A DNA stretch of 39,373 nucleotides from a virus. Where the stretch lies: UHGV virus genome UHGV-0174959; one strand, given 5' to 3'. The position numbers were made by a program, and so were the translations under genes. Positions 1 through 10,213 of the stretch are shown here, piece by piece; positions within the stretch are counted from its first letter, which is position 1; each line of letters opens with the position of its first letter. The notes under the pieces are model-generated. The model saw only the letters and a program-made list of their open reading frames with translations, was not told the DNA's origin and ran no database searches.

Positions 1-20
1 AAAACGACCTTACAATGGGG

Positions 21-26
21 TATAAT
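21..26 (+). promoter_or_regulatory. Late promoter -10 element (activator-dependent)
   Basis: TATAAT at 21-26 with no good -35, upstream of the terminase. It follows the ArpU/RinA-like gene if the genome is circular. Confidence 0.6.
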
Positions 27-44
27 GATAGTGTGAAATTATAG

Positions 45-68
45 GCACTCTTCCGGGAGTGCTTTTTT
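45..68 (+). terminator. Terminator-like hairpin in late leader
   Basis: GCACTC-ttccgg-GAGTGC followed by TTTTTT. Confidence 0.6.
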
Positions 69-91
69 ATTGCCCTAAGGTGGTGAAACCA

Positions 92-478
92 ATGGCGGAG
101 GCAAGAAAAAAACAGAAAGACAAGGGCGGTCGGCCGCTTGCGGTTACGCCAGACGTTGTCAGAAAACTAGAGAAGGCTTTTACCGTTGGCGCAAACGTCA
201 CTCAAGCCTGTGATTTCGCGGGAATTTCCCGTGATACGTACTACAGGTATTGCGAACAAAACGCGGGGTTTACTGACAAAGTAGCAGAATGGAGCGCGCG
301 GACAGGACTGCGGGCAAAATACAACATTCACAAAGCGATTGAAGCGGAAGATGTTGATGTATCTAAATGGTATCTTGAACGGACAGATGACGCGTTTAAT
401 CCTAAAAAGCGGGCGGAAATAACCGGAACAGACGGCGGCGCGGTACAAATAGAGTTTGGCTGGGCAAGCGATGAGTAA
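92..478 (+). CDS. terS: Terminase small subunit
   Basis: ATG 92 after AAGGTGGTGA RBS. HTH (NVTQACDFAGISRDTYYRY), KWYLER motif and C-terminal EITGTDGGAVQI. Lies directly before the large terminase. Confidence 0.85.
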   Translation: MAEARKKQKDKGGRPLAVTPDVVRKLEKAFTVGANVTQACDFAGISRDTYYRYCEQNAGFTDKVAEWSARTGLRAKYNIHKAIEAEDVDVSKWYLERTDDAFNPKKRAEITGTDGGAVQIEFGWASDE

Positions 479-1781
479 AGTCGTTATACCGTATACGCCG
501 CGCGCATTGTGGAAAACAGAAATACACCCGGAACTGGAAAAAGCGCGTTTTTCTGTTGTGGTTGCGCATCGTCGTTTCGGCAAAACCGTCGGAATGATTA
601 ATCATATGCTAAAGCAGGCGATATTGTGTGATAATCCGTCGCCGCAATATGCGTACATTGCGCCGTTTCGAGTACAGGCGAAACAAATAGCGTGGGCGTA
701 CTTAAAATATTACACGTCGCCGATACCGGGGCGGCTGGTGAATGAATCGGAGTTGTTTGTTGAATTGCCGTCACGGCACGATAACAGACAAGGGGCGCGC
801 ATATATATCAAAGGCGCGGACAATCCTGATTCATTGCGCGGCAGCTATTGGGACGGCGTTGTACTGGACGAATACGCGCAAATAAAGCCGGAGGTCTGGA
901 ACGAGATTATTCGTCCGGCGTTGGCTGATCGTTCCGGTTGGGCGACGTTTATCGGCACGCCAAAAGGGCAAAATGCTTTTTATGAGATGTACCAGCGTGG
1001 CTTGCAAGATCCGGCGTGGTACACGTGCCGTTTTACGGTAGCCGATAGCGGTATTTTACCGGAAGAAGAAATTGAAGAAATGAAGCGGGATATGTCCGAC
1101 GATGCAATCCGGCAAGAATTGTATTGCGATTTCACGGCGTCGGCGTTTAATGTCCTTATTTCGATTGATTTGGTAGCGCAAGCAAGGGCGCGGCGGGTCG
1201 TTGAGGAGGATATAACGGGCGCGCCGGTTGTCTTGGGCGTTGACGTCGCGCGGTACGGTGCGGACAGTTCTTGCATCGTGCGGCGTCGCGGTTTATGCAT
1301 GTATGAGCCGGTCCTGTTTTCCGGCGTGGATAATATGAAACTTGCGGAAATTGTCGCGCGGGAAATTGAAACGCATAAGCCGGACGCAGTATTCATTGAT
1401 GCCGGACGCGGTGAGGGTGTGATTGACCGTTTGCGGCAATTAGGCTACACGGTGATAGAAGTGCCGTTCGGTGGGAAAGCGGTTAGAGATGACAAGTACG
1501 TCAACCGTCGGGCGGAGATGTGGGACGAAATGCGCGCATGGCTACAACGTGGCGGAAGTTTGCCGGAACATGAACGACTGCAAGCGGAGTTGTCCATACC
1601 GGAATACGGTTACGATGCGAAAGGACGCATATTACTGGAAAAGAAAGACAGAATCAAGGAACGTAGCGGCCGATCTCCTGACGTGGCAGACGCGGCCGCT
1701 TTAACGTTTGCGGCGCCGGTGGCGAGTCGGTTAGCCGCGGTGCGGAAAACACGCGCCAACACGCAATATTCATTTTTTTAA
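471..1781 (+). CDS. terL: Terminase large subunit
   Basis: Walker A AHRRFGKT, Walker B VVLDE, GTPKG coupling motif, RNase H-like nuclease LGVDVARYGAD and SPDVADA. Confidence 0.95.
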   Translation: MSKVVIPYTPRALWKTEIHPELEKARFSVVVAHRRFGKTVGMINHMLKQAILCDNPSPQYAYIAPFRVQAKQIAWAYLKYYTSPIPGRLVNESELFVELPSRHDNRQGARIYIKGADNPDSLRGSYWDGVVLDEYAQIKPEVWNEIIRPALADRSGWATFIGTPKGQNAFYEMYQRGLQDPAWYTCRFTVADSGILPEEEIEEMKRDMSDDAIRQELYCDFTASAFNVLISIDLVAQARARRVVEEDITGAPVVLGVDVARYGADSSCIVRRRGLCMYEPVLFSGVDNMKLAEIVAREIETHKPDAVFIDAGRGEGVIDRLRQLGYTVIEVPFGGKAVRDDKYVNRRAEMWDEMRAWLQRGGSLPEHERLQAELSIPEYGYDAKGRILLEKKDRIKERSGRSPDVADAAALTFAAPVASRLAAVRKTRANTQYSFF

Positions 1782-1793
1782 GGAGGAGAAAAC

Positions 1794-2015
1794 ATGTGTA
1801 AATTTATTGCTAACGCTTTGGGATTTCGTTCGCCTCGTATGCCGGAAATTAAACAGCCGGCGCCGACAGCGCAAGCCGTCAACGTGACGGACGACACGAC
1901 GGGGGAAGAAATGGCAGTCGAAAACCGGCGCAAAAAACGCGGCTTCTTATCGACGCGTTCCATGGGGACGATTCTCGGAAGTTCTGACGTAGCCGGGAAA
2001 AAGACATTAGGGTAA
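1794..2015 (+). CDS. Small virion-associated protein (T7 gp7.3-like position)
   Basis: Strong AAGGAGGAG RBS. Basic C-terminus RRKKRG...KKTLG typical of the small gene before podovirus portals. Confidence 0.7.
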   Translation: MCKFIANALGFRSPRMPEIKQPAPTAQAVNVTDDTTGEEMAVENRRKKRGFLSTRSMGTILGSSDVAGKKTLG

Positions 2016-2018
2016 ATC

Positions 2019-3734
2019 ATGGAAACGATACTGGCAAGAAGTCCGACTGCGAAATACAAGGGACAAAAACGGCCGGCAAGAGAAAAAGCGCAAAAACGGT
2101 TTGACCGACTGTTCCGCAAGCGCGAACCGTATGTTAAATGGTGGCGGGCGATCCGCAAATACGAATTGCCGTTCCATGGTGATTTTGAGGAAAACAAGGC
2201 GCGGGGCGAATCGGAAGAAATTTATAACTCGACGGCGCGCGATGCCGCTGCTATTTTCGCCGGCGGTGTCATGAGTGGACTAACGCCGCCTTCGCGTCAA
2301 TGGTTTAAGTTGGCACTTGCGGGCAAAGACACGCCGAAAGAAGCGGGGATAATCCTTGACGAGCGACAGGCGATTATGCAAAACGTCTTGGCGCGCAGTA
2401 ATTTCTATCACGCGGTTTATAGTTGCTATCATGATCTACCGTTCGGGCAAGCGCCGCTGGGTATCTTTAGCGCCGCCGACGGTGTCCATTTCATGCATTA
2501 TCCTATCGGCAGTTACGCGCTAGATACCGACGCGACGGGGCGGGTCAATACGTTTGCGCGTAAAGTGCGCATGACGGCCGCGCAGATCGTTGAGCAGTTT
2601 GGCGAAGATAACGCGCCGCAGACGGTGCGCGACGCCGCAAAGAATAAAAGCGATCGAATGTTTGTCGTGTGTTGGCTGGTAGAGCCTAACACGGAACGGC
2701 GGGGCGGTCGTCTTGGTCCGCAGTCAATGCCCTATCGGTCTTTATATTGGGTTGAGGGGTCACCGACTAATGAATATTTAGCGCTTGGCGGCATGGAAGA
2801 ATGGCCCGTGCCGGTCGCGCGGTATCAGGTTATAGGACTAGAACCGTATGCAAAGGGCGCCGGCTGGTATGCGTTAGCCGATAGCAAGATGTTGCAGGTC
2901 ATGGAACGCGACATCTTGACGGCGATTGAAATGGGAATTAAGCCGCCGATGCAAACGAGCGGGGCGACGTCGCCAAGTGTGAACATGTTCCCCGGCGGGG
3001 TAACCGTTAACGCCGTAGCGGATAGCGTGCGGCCGTTGTTTGACGTGCAGTTAAACGTGCAAGCGGTGCAAGCGAAAATTGAGCAGACAGAGCAAAAGGT
3101 GCGGCGCGCGTATGCGGCGGATCTTTTTTTGATGCTGGATCAGATTGAGCGCGGGCAAATGACGGCGCGGGAAATTATGGAACGCACGCAAGAGAAACTG
3201 CAACAGCTGGGCCCGGTCGTTGAGCGTCTGCAATATGAATTTTTGAATCCGACGCTTGAACGCGTATACGGGATATTAGATCGGGGCGGAGTGTTCCCGC
3301 CGTTGCCGCCGGAGTTGGCGGAACAGTTGGGCGAAGAAGAAGTGCGCATCGAATATATTTCGCCGTTAGCGCAAGCGCAAAAGATGTCCGGACTGATTAA
3401 CATTGAACAGACATTGGCGTTTGCCGGACAAGTGGCGCAAATGTTCCCGGAAGTGTTGACGAAGATTGACGCAATGGCAATGCTTGATGTTTACCATGAC
3501 AATATCGGCGCGCCGGCGGCAATGCTCCGATCAACGGAGGAAGCGCAACAGATTATCGCGGCGCAACAGGAGGCGCAACAACAGGAAGAAGCGCAAGCGG
3601 CGCAAATGGCAAGTATCCAACAGGCGGCGCCGTTGGCACAAGCGGCGAAGAACTTGACCGACGCGGCGAACGACGGTAATCCGGCAATTCGTGAATGGCT
3701 GGGAATGCCTAATGCCGGAGGTGGCGCTCCGTGA
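2019..3734 (+). CDS. Portal / head-tail connector (T7 gp8/BPP-1-like)
   Basis: 571 aa with GLTPPSRQWF, MTAREIMER...LGPVVERL and EYISPLAQAQK motifs. Confidence 0.93.
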   Translation: METILARSPTAKYKGQKRPAREKAQKRFDRLFRKREPYVKWWRAIRKYELPFHGDFEENKARGESEEIYNSTARDAAAIFAGGVMSGLTPPSRQWFKLALAGKDTPKEAGIILDERQAIMQNVLARSNFYHAVYSCYHDLPFGQAPLGIFSAADGVHFMHYPIGSYALDTDATGRVNTFARKVRMTAAQIVEQFGEDNAPQTVRDAAKNKSDRMFVVCWLVEPNTERRGGRLGPQSMPYRSLYWVEGSPTNEYLALGGMEEWPVPVARYQVIGLEPYAKGAGWYALADSKMLQVMERDILTAIEMGIKPPMQTSGATSPSVNMFPGGVTVNAVADSVRPLFDVQLNVQAVQAKIEQTEQKVRRAYAADLFLMLDQIERGQMTAREIMERTQEKLQQLGPVVERLQYEFLNPTLERVYGILDRGGVFPPLPPELAEQLGEEEVRIEYISPLAQAQKMSGLINIEQTLAFAGQVAQMFPEVLTKIDAMAMLDVYHDNIGAPAAMLRSTEEAQQIIAAQQEAQQQEEAQAAQMASIQQAAPLAQAAKNLTDAANDGNPAIREWLGMPNAGGGAP

Positions 3735-4045
3735 TGACAAAAGAAGAACGACGCGCACAGAGAGAAGCGGAAATGGTGAATCGGCTGGACCGTGAGGCGT
3801 TGCAAGACGTATTACAAACGCGGTCCGGGCGTTGGTTTATTATGCGACTGTTTGACGGTTGTCATGTATTCGAGCGGACAATGACGGGTAATTCGTGGAC
3901 ATATTTCAACGAGGGCGCGCGTGACATGGGGTTGCAATTGCGCGGGCGAATTATCCGTGACGGTCATATTGATACATTGCAATTGGCAGAACGGGAATAT
4001 GTGGAAAAAATAACGGAATTACAGAAGTTACGAAAGGAGGACTGA
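3731..4045 (+). CDS. Bbp19-like conserved phage protein
   Basis: SGRWFIMRL...TYFNEGARDMGL motif, located between portal and scaffold. Confidence 0.7.
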   Translation: MMTKEERRAQREAEMVNRLDREALQDVLQTRSGRWFIMRLFDGCHVFERTMTGNSWTYFNEGARDMGLQLRGRIIRDGHIDTLQLAEREYVEKITELQKLRKED

Positions 4046-4051
4046 TCCAAT

Positions 4052-4639
4052 ATGCCGGAAGAAATGGCGAACGATAACACGAACACGCCAAACGCGGAAG
4101 ATATTGAAAGCACGCAGGAAACGGAACAACAACCCGACGTGGCGGAATCGTCAGTGCCGGAAAGTTACGACTTTGCGGAGTTTTGTGTTGACGGGGTAGA
4201 GTTGGACGCAGAACGCGCGGAGCAGTACTCGGAAGTATTGAAAGAAGCGGGAATGTCACAAGAACAAGCGAATGCCGTCACAAAGTACGGTCTTGCTTAT
4301 GCTCAGGAAGTGGCGCAAGAAGCCGCAACGCAATACGAGCAGGCGCAGGCGCAAGAAATAAAAGGCTGGGCAGACGAGGCGCGCGCGGAGTTGGGCGGGC
4401 AATTCGATGCGACGGTGGCACAAGCCGCTATCGGTGTTACGTACATGGAAAAGAACGTGCCGCAATTGCGGGAAATGCTTGACGCGACGGGTTTCGGTAA
4501 CCGTGTGGAGGCGATCCGCTTATTTGCGCAGATTGGGCAAATGGTGGCGGAGGACGACGGCCGCGCGAATCGTGGCGGCACGGCAAACACAAACGACGTC
4601 GCAGGGTTTTATAAGAACACTAATTTTGATATTTACTAA
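4052..4639 (+). CDS. Capsid scaffolding/assembly protein
   Basis: Acidic N-terminus, PESYDF motif, helical body, immediately before the capsid gene. Confidence 0.75.
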   Translation: MPEEMANDNTNTPNAEDIESTQETEQQPDVAESSVPESYDFAEFCVDGVELDAERAEQYSEVLKEAGMSQEQANAVTKYGLAYAQEVAQEAATQYEQAQAQEIKGWADEARAELGGQFDATVAQAAIGVTYMEKNVPQLREMLDATGFGNRVEAIRLFAQIGQMVAEDDGRANRGGTANTNDVAGFYKNTNFDIY

Positions 4640-4654
4640 TTGGGGGTTGAAAAC

Positions 4655-5659
4655 ATGGCAACAGTTGGAAATTTAGCATTAACGCTTTCGGACTTGCGCA
4701 AACGCACAGGCCCGCAGGGAGAGATGGATTGGGTGCTGGAAGCATTGAACGAATCGAATCCGATTTTGGACGACATTCCGTGGCTGGAAGGTAACTTGCC
4801 GACGGGTAACCAAACGACGGTGCGCACGTCGGTCCCGATGCCGTCGTTGCGTCGCATTAATCGTGGTGTCGATCCGTCGAAGTCCACAACGAAACAGGTC
4901 GCCGATACATGCTCCATTTTTGAAGCACGTTCGGAAGTGGACATTGAATTGTTGGCGCTTGCTCCGGACAAGGCGCAGTTCCGCCGTTCGGAAGATGTCG
5001 CGCATATTGAAGGCTTTGGGCAAGCGGTGGCGCGTAATATTCTTTATGGTGATTCAATGACGAATCCGGACGAATTCAACGGCTTAGGCGTTCGTTATAA
5101 CGTTCTGAAAGGCGAAAAAGGCGATCCGGGGTATCAAGTTGTGTCCGCCGGCGGCACGGGCAAAACAAACACGTCGATTTGGATTGTCGGCTGGGGCGAA
5201 CGTACCGTGACGGGTATTTATCCGCGCAATACGTATGCCGGTCTGAAAGTCCGCGACTTGGGCGAAAATGATGCGGTCGATCCGGACGGCCGCAAGTTCC
5301 GCGCGGTGTCCACTCTCTTTACTTGGAAGCCGGGCCTTGCGGTACGCGATCAACGCGCCGTTGCGGCGGTTCGTAACATTAACACAAGCAATTTGTTAAG
5401 TCTTGACAGCGACGGCAAACGCTCCTTGATTGAGAAGTTTATTCTTGCGAAAAACCGTCTGCGCAACTTGGACACGGTGAACGCGGTCGCTTACGTCAAT
5501 GATGATGTGTATTCGTTCTTAGAAATTTATTTGATTGATAAGAATAACGTACATGTAACGCGCCGCGATCTTGCCGACGGTGAACAAGTCCTGTACTTGG
5601 CGGGCATTCCTGTTCGCAAGCTGGACGCGTTGCGTAGTGATGAAACGGTCATTAAATAA
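4655..5659 (+). CDS. Major capsid protein (BPP-1 Bbp17-like, HK97 fold)
   Basis: ATG 4655 after GGGGG RBS. Motifs NPILDDIPWLEGN, FRRSED, EFNGLGVRY and TSIWIVGWG. Confidence 0.9.
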   Translation: MATVGNLALTLSDLRKRTGPQGEMDWVLEALNESNPILDDIPWLEGNLPTGNQTTVRTSVPMPSLRRINRGVDPSKSTTKQVADTCSIFEARSEVDIELLALAPDKAQFRRSEDVAHIEGFGQAVARNILYGDSMTNPDEFNGLGVRYNVLKGEKGDPGYQVVSAGGTGKTNTSIWIVGWGERTVTGIYPRNTYAGLKVRDLGENDAVDPDGRKFRAVSTLFTWKPGLAVRDQRAVAAVRNINTSNLLSLDSDGKRSLIEKFILAKNRLRNLDTVNAVAYVNDDVYSFLEIYLIDKNNVHVTRRDLADGEQVLYLAGIPVRKLDALRSDETVIK

Positions 5660-5671
5660 GGAGGGGTCTTA

Positions 5672-6037
5672 ATGATTTACGATGCGGAAAATACATTTCT
5701 TTGGCAAAAAGACGTTGCGTCGGTAGGCACGGGCGGCATTGATTCTGATGTTGTCTATTTGGGTAAAGGCGACGCCGTCCAGCCGTTGTGGCTGGCCGTG
5801 ACGGTATCGGCGCCGCTTTCTGATGATGCTACCGTCACGGTGGAAACGTCGGAAAAAGAAACAATGACGGGCAAAAAGACGCTTGGCACGTTTACGCTTG
5901 CAAAAGGCGAACGTAAGCTGGCGGCGAAATTGCCGGTCGGTGTACTTGGCTATGTTCGTGTCCATGTAGCGGCGGCGACCGCCACTTTGGGTGCGGCGAA
6001 AATGAACGCCGTTTTGGTCTTGGATACTGACCTGTAA
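5672..6037 (+). CDS. Capsid cement/decoration protein (Bbp16-like)
   Basis: 121-aa beta-rich protein (MIYDAENTF...) directly after the capsid gene, AAGGAGG RBS. Confidence 0.7.
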   Translation: MIYDAENTFLWQKDVASVGTGGIDSDVVYLGKGDAVQPLWLAVTVSAPLSDDATVTVETSEKETMTGKKTLGTFTLAKGERKLAAKLPVGVLGYVRVHVAAATATLGAAKMNAVLVLDTDL

Positions 6038-6038
6038 A

Positions 6039-6197
6039 ATGGAAGCTTTAGTGTTTGGACGGTTGGGACGGCGGAACGTTGACACGATGTCGGCCAATGA
6101 GTGCCGCGCGCGTTTAGACGCCGCGGGTATTCCGTACGCGGACGATGCGACATTGGCAGAACTCCGTCAAGCCGTCAAGGAACTTGAGGGGGCGTAA
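6039..6197 (+). CDS. 52-aa protein, HeH/LEM-like small helical domain (absent from ORF track)
   Basis: Translated by hand: MEALVFGRLGRRNVDTMSANECRARLDAAGIPYADDATLAELRQAVKELEGA. It starts 1 nt after the preceding stop and fills the gap up to the terminator. Confidence 0.65.
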   Translation: MEALVFGRLGRRNVDTMSANECRARLDAAGIPYADDATLAELRQAVKELEGA

Positions 6198-6215
6198 GCT
6201 CCCTCTTGTTTTTTT
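6186..6215 (+). terminator. Rho-independent terminator after head genes
   Basis: GAGGGGGC-gtaa-GCTCCCTC then ttgTTTTTTT. Confidence 0.7.
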
Positions 6216-6282
6216 ATATGTTTAGTCAAAAGGCCGCTTATTCTAGCGTCTTTTTTAGTAAGCATATAAGGAGGAAGAAGCA

Positions 6283-6873
6283 ATGACGATAACCGATATT
6301 TGCAATTTAGCGCTATCTCATTTAGGCGTCGGGACCATTCGAGACGTACACGAAGAAACGGAAACGGCGCGGGCGTGTAAATTGTATTACGACGCGACGC
6401 GGCGCATGCTATTGCGCGAATATCCGTGGGGCTTTGCCCGCCGTGTGGAACGTTTGGCGAAGATGCCGGACAAACAATTTCCGGGACATAAAAACGTGTA
6501 TATGTATCCGGAATTGTGTTTGTATATCTACCGACTGACAGACGGAACGCCGACGCCGGACGAGCGGCCGCAGTTTGAGGTGTTTAATTTGGACAATAGC
6601 ACAAAGGTCATTGCGACGGATATAGACGACGCGTGGGCGGACTATGTTTATGACGTAACCGATCCGGACGTGTGGGACGCGGTATTTTTGGAGGCAATGA
6701 CGCGTAAACTTGCGGCGGACTTATGCATGCGGCTTGTCGGCAATCAAGGCCTGTTCGAGCAGCAATTCAATTTATATCGGGCGGCGCTTGACATGGCAAT
6801 GACGCAGGTGGCAAAAGAACGACAAAGAGATCCTGAGCCGCTTAATCGGTATAGCAATGCGAGGTGGCGCTAA
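6283..6873 (+). CDS. Tail tubular protein A / adaptor (T7 gp11-like)
   Basis: DICNLALSHLG...YPWGFA...FLEAMTRKLA motifs. Confidence 0.85.
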   Translation: MTITDICNLALSHLGVGTIRDVHEETETARACKLYYDATRRMLLREYPWGFARRVERLAKMPDKQFPGHKNVYMYPELCLYIYRLTDGTPTPDERPQFEVFNLDNSTKVIATDIDDAWADYVYDVTDPDVWDAVFLEAMTRKLAADLCMRLVGNQGLFEQQFNLYRAALDMAMTQVAKERQRDPEPLNRYSNARWR

Positions 6874-9122
6874 TGGGACAAGGTGTCGGCCCGATGTACG
6901 CGATTCAGCCGGCGTTCACAACGGGCGAAATTTCGTACGACGTGGCGAACCGTGTAGACTTGGAAAAATACAAGTCGGCACTATTGCGCGCCAAAAACGC
7001 GATTATTCGGCCCTATGGTGCGGTGTGTCGGCGGGCCGGTAGTGAGTTTATGGGCGAGGCGTTGTATTCAGACAAAGACGCTATTTTGGTGCGTTTCGCG
7101 CGCGATGCCGACAATGGGGATCTGCTGGAATTTGGCGATAAATATATTCGCGTTTGGCACAATGGGAAAGATAGCGGCAAAATCATTGATGTGCCGTTCA
7201 CGCAAGCGATGCTTAAAAAATTGCGCTTTGCACAGTCGGCGGATACTTTGTTTATTTGTTCGGGTGATTTGCCCGTGTATGCGCTAATTAGGGACGGCGG
7301 CTATTCATGGACGGGCGGTTGGAAATTAATGCCGTATGAATTTACGCACATGTACTTTGAAAACGAAGATGACTACAGCTCGGCGACCGTGACGCCTAGT
7401 TCAACATTTGGCAGTAGTGTTGACGTAACTGCGTATTCCCGATTTGTTCATTCACAACTTAAAGGCGCGCACATACAGATCGCTCATCATATGCCGGCGG
7501 AATCGGTAAAGGTGCAGTTTGAAAAGAAAGATACACAGCAGGTTCTTACTTCCGTTCCGGTTTATGTGGGCAAACAATGGAAAGTTACGACGGCGGGGAT
7601 TTGGACCGGCGATGTGATTTTGGAATACAGATATTCATCTAATAACGTGTGGCGGGAATTTCGCCGCTATTCTTCTGATAAAAACTTTAACGCGACGGAA
7701 TCTGGAACGGTTGAGGAGGAAATGTATTTGCGCATATCCGTCCAGGCGAGCGGCGAAAGCTTGACGGTTACGCTTACGCGCCTTCCCTATGTGCATGATG
7801 GCGAAGCCGTTATTAATTCATGCTCCGCATCTACTTTGAACGTATCTGTCATCAAGCCCTTTGGCGCTACTACTACCACAAAATTATTCAGCATCAGTCC
7901 GTGGGACAAGGCGCGCGGTTATCCGCGCACTTGTTGTTTTTATCAGGACAGGCTGGTATTGGCAGGAACAAAGGCCTATCCACACAAAATGTGGTTAAGC
8001 CGGACGGGCGATTACGCCAATTTAAGCGTAGAAAAAGCGGGCGGACAAGTAACGGACGATTCCGCCGTGGCGTTGTCTTTAATTTCGCGCGAAATGTATA
8101 ACATTTTGCATCTTGTGCCGGCGCAGGATTTAATCGTATTAACGGACGGGAACGAATGGATCGTGCCGGGGGATAAGCCGGTTACGCCGAAAACGGCGCA
8201 AGTCAAGACGCAGACCATGCGCGGGTCGGCAGAGTGCGAGCCGGTATATATCGGCAACCGGCTTGTATACGTGCAAGCGCGCGGCGCGACGGTGCGTGAT
8301 ATGGGGTATTCGTACGAATCCGACAACTACAACGGGATCGATTTGACGCTATTAGCGAAACACTTGGTGCAAGGCCACTCCATTGTGACGGCGGCTTACG
8401 CGCAAGAACCGGATTCTGTTTTATACATGGTGCGCGATGACGGTATTTTATTATGCTTGACGTTAATACGCGAACAAGACGTTTACGGTTGGTCGCATTG
8501 GACGACAGACGGGAAATTCTTGTGGGTTGAAACGGTGCAGGAAAACGGGGAAGAATCGGTTTACGTTATTGTCGAGCGCAACGGCAAACGGTGTATTGAG
8601 CGCTTTCGTTCAGGCTGTAATGTCTACATGGACAGTTACGTACAAGCGAAAAACGGCACAATTCAAGTGCCGCATCTGCAAGGCAAGACCATTGCGGCGG
8701 TAGTCAACAATAAGCGGCTACCGGACGGAAACGAAACAAGGATTCAAACAGAATCAGAAACAGACACGGGCGCCGCTGGCCTTTCTTATGAAACGAAGAT
8801 AGAGCAGCCGGGCGTCGAATTGCAATTGAATAACGGAACTGTACAGGCGCGAACGGTGCGCGTGAATGAGGTAACATTGCGCGTAACTAACTCAAAAGGC
8901 GGTAAAATCGGCCACAATTTTAAGCACATGGACGCATTACCGTATCCGTCGGCGGAAAACTTTACGGGGGATATTTTGGCGGTTATGCCGAATATTGACG
9001 TCGGTTTTAATACGCGCGGGCGCGTCTGTGTTTCGTCCGATGAACCGTTTCCGTTGAACGTGTTGGCGATTATTCGTTCCATTTCTGTGGGTGGCGGTCA
9101 TGTCCAAGGTTACAACGGTTGA
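6873..9122 (+). CDS. Tail tubular protein B / nozzle (T7 gp12, P22 gp10-like)
   Basis: About 750 aa beta-propeller-like protein with QPAFTTGEIS, FAQSADTL, GYPRTCCFYQDRL and WSHW motifs. Start overlaps the upstream stop (TAATG). Confidence 0.88.
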   Translation: MGQGVGPMYAIQPAFTTGEISYDVANRVDLEKYKSALLRAKNAIIRPYGAVCRRAGSEFMGEALYSDKDAILVRFARDADNGDLLEFGDKYIRVWHNGKDSGKIIDVPFTQAMLKKLRFAQSADTLFICSGDLPVYALIRDGGYSWTGGWKLMPYEFTHMYFENEDDYSSATVTPSSTFGSSVDVTAYSRFVHSQLKGAHIQIAHHMPAESVKVQFEKKDTQQVLTSVPVYVGKQWKVTTAGIWTGDVILEYRYSSNNVWREFRRYSSDKNFNATESGTVEEEMYLRISVQASGESLTVTLTRLPYVHDGEAVINSCSASTLNVSVIKPFGATTTTKLFSISPWDKARGYPRTCCFYQDRLVLAGTKAYPHKMWLSRTGDYANLSVEKAGGQVTDDSAVALSLISREMYNILHLVPAQDLIVLTDGNEWIVPGDKPVTPKTAQVKTQTMRGSAECEPVYIGNRLVYVQARGATVRDMGYSYESDNYNGIDLTLLAKHLVQGHSIVTAAYAQEPDSVLYMVRDDGILLCLTLIREQDVYGWSHWTTDGKFLWVETVQENGEESVYVIVERNGKRCIERFRSGCNVYMDSYVQAKNGTIQVPHLQGKTIAAVVNNKRLPDGNETRIQTESETDTGAAGLSYETKIEQPGVELQLNNGTVQARTVRVNEVTLRVTNSKGGKIGHNFKHMDALPYPSAENFTGDILAVMPNIDVGFNTRGRVCVSSDEPFPLNVLAIIRSISVGGGHVQGYNG

Positions 9123-9567
9123 CGCGCGAAGTGTTGACGTATCTGTGTTGCATCGTTTGGGCACGAACATGCGGCCGCACGATGTGGAAGAATGTGAGGC
9201 GTTTGGCTTATCTCCGGTGGAGGCTGTGTTACAGTCCGCCTATCATGCGCAAAGTGAATCTTTTGTCGTGCTGGACGAACAGGGCGAGGCACTTTGGGTA
9301 TACGGGCGCGGTCCGGTGATCGGCGCGGAGGGCGTCGGAATTTGGTGTTTGGGGCGCATCGGATCAGAAAAACACGCAAAATTCTTTTTACGAGAAAGCA
9401 AGCGCGTAATTAATCAATGGCTTAATGAAGGCGCGGTGCTTTGGAATTACGTTAGTGTCAACAATGCGCCGTCGTTGCGGTGGCTTGCGTGGCTTGGCGC
9501 GACGTTTGGCGACACGGTCGAAATTGGTGGCGTGCGGTTTGTAAAATTCGAGATAAGGGGGAAATAA
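9100..9567 (+). CDS. T7 gp13-like internal/assembly protein (GNAT-like)
   Basis: MRPHDVEEC...LWNYVSVNNAPSLRWLAWLGATF, in the conserved position after the nozzle. Confidence 0.75.
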   Translation: MSKVTTVDARSVDVSVLHRLGTNMRPHDVEECEAFGLSPVEAVLQSAYHAQSESFVVLDEQGEALWVYGRGPVIGAEGVGIWCLGRIGSEKHAKFFLRESKRVINQWLNEGAVLWNYVSVNNAPSLRWLAWLGATFGDTVEIGGVRFVKFEIRGK

Positions 9568-9568
9568 A

Positions 9569-10210
9569 ATGTGTCATCCGGTGGCGTTGTTGGCTGCGCA
9601 AGTGGGTATGCAACTTATGGGGCAGCGGGCGCAAACAAAGGCCAATATTAATATGTATCGGGCGCAAGAACAGGCGGCGCTAACGAATCAAAAAATGAGT
9701 GAACGCCGACAAGAACAGATTGCGGAAGAATACGGACGGGAAGAAGGCCGCATGCGGGATCGTATGCGCTTAATTGCCGGACAAAACGCGGCGGAGGGCG
9801 GCGCGGCCGGCTTGCAGTTGGGCGGGTCGTTAATGGACGTGTTGGGCGCGTCGTATGGTGGATATTTAGACGACAAGGCGGCCAACTTGCGAAATCAGCG
9901 AAATGACGTATATAACGAATTTGTACAGGGCTGGAATTACGGGCAGGAGGCGGAACAAGCAAGGGCGGGCGCGTATAATGCAAAACTTGCAGGACGTCGG
10001 GCAATGCTTGGCACGATTTTGGGCGGCGCATTACAGTATAACGACTTGCGGTCAAATGTCGGGGCGGCTAATTATAGCAATGCGGCGCCTGATCCGACGG
10101 TGCGGCTTGGCGACATTATGACAAATAATAATTACACGATATACAAACAAGGCGGTAAATTCAGATTGAAAGATAACCACACGCCGTGGCTTGCGGGTAA
10201 ATGGAGGTAA
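9569..10210 (+). CDS. Internal virion (ejection) protein, T7 gp14-like
   Basis: MCHPVALL N-terminus, Ala/Gly/Gln-rich helical protein, position. Confidence 0.7.
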   Translation: MCHPVALLAAQVGMQLMGQRAQTKANINMYRAQEQAALTNQKMSERRQEQIAEEYGREEGRMRDRMRLIAGQNAAEGGAAGLQLGGSLMDVLGASYGGYLDDKAANLRNQRNDVYNEFVQGWNYGQEAEQARAGAYNAKLAGRRAMLGTILGGALQYNDLRSNVGAANYSNAAPDPTVRLGDIMTNNNYTIYKQGGKFRLKDNHTPWLAGKWR

Positions 10211-10213
10211 GCT

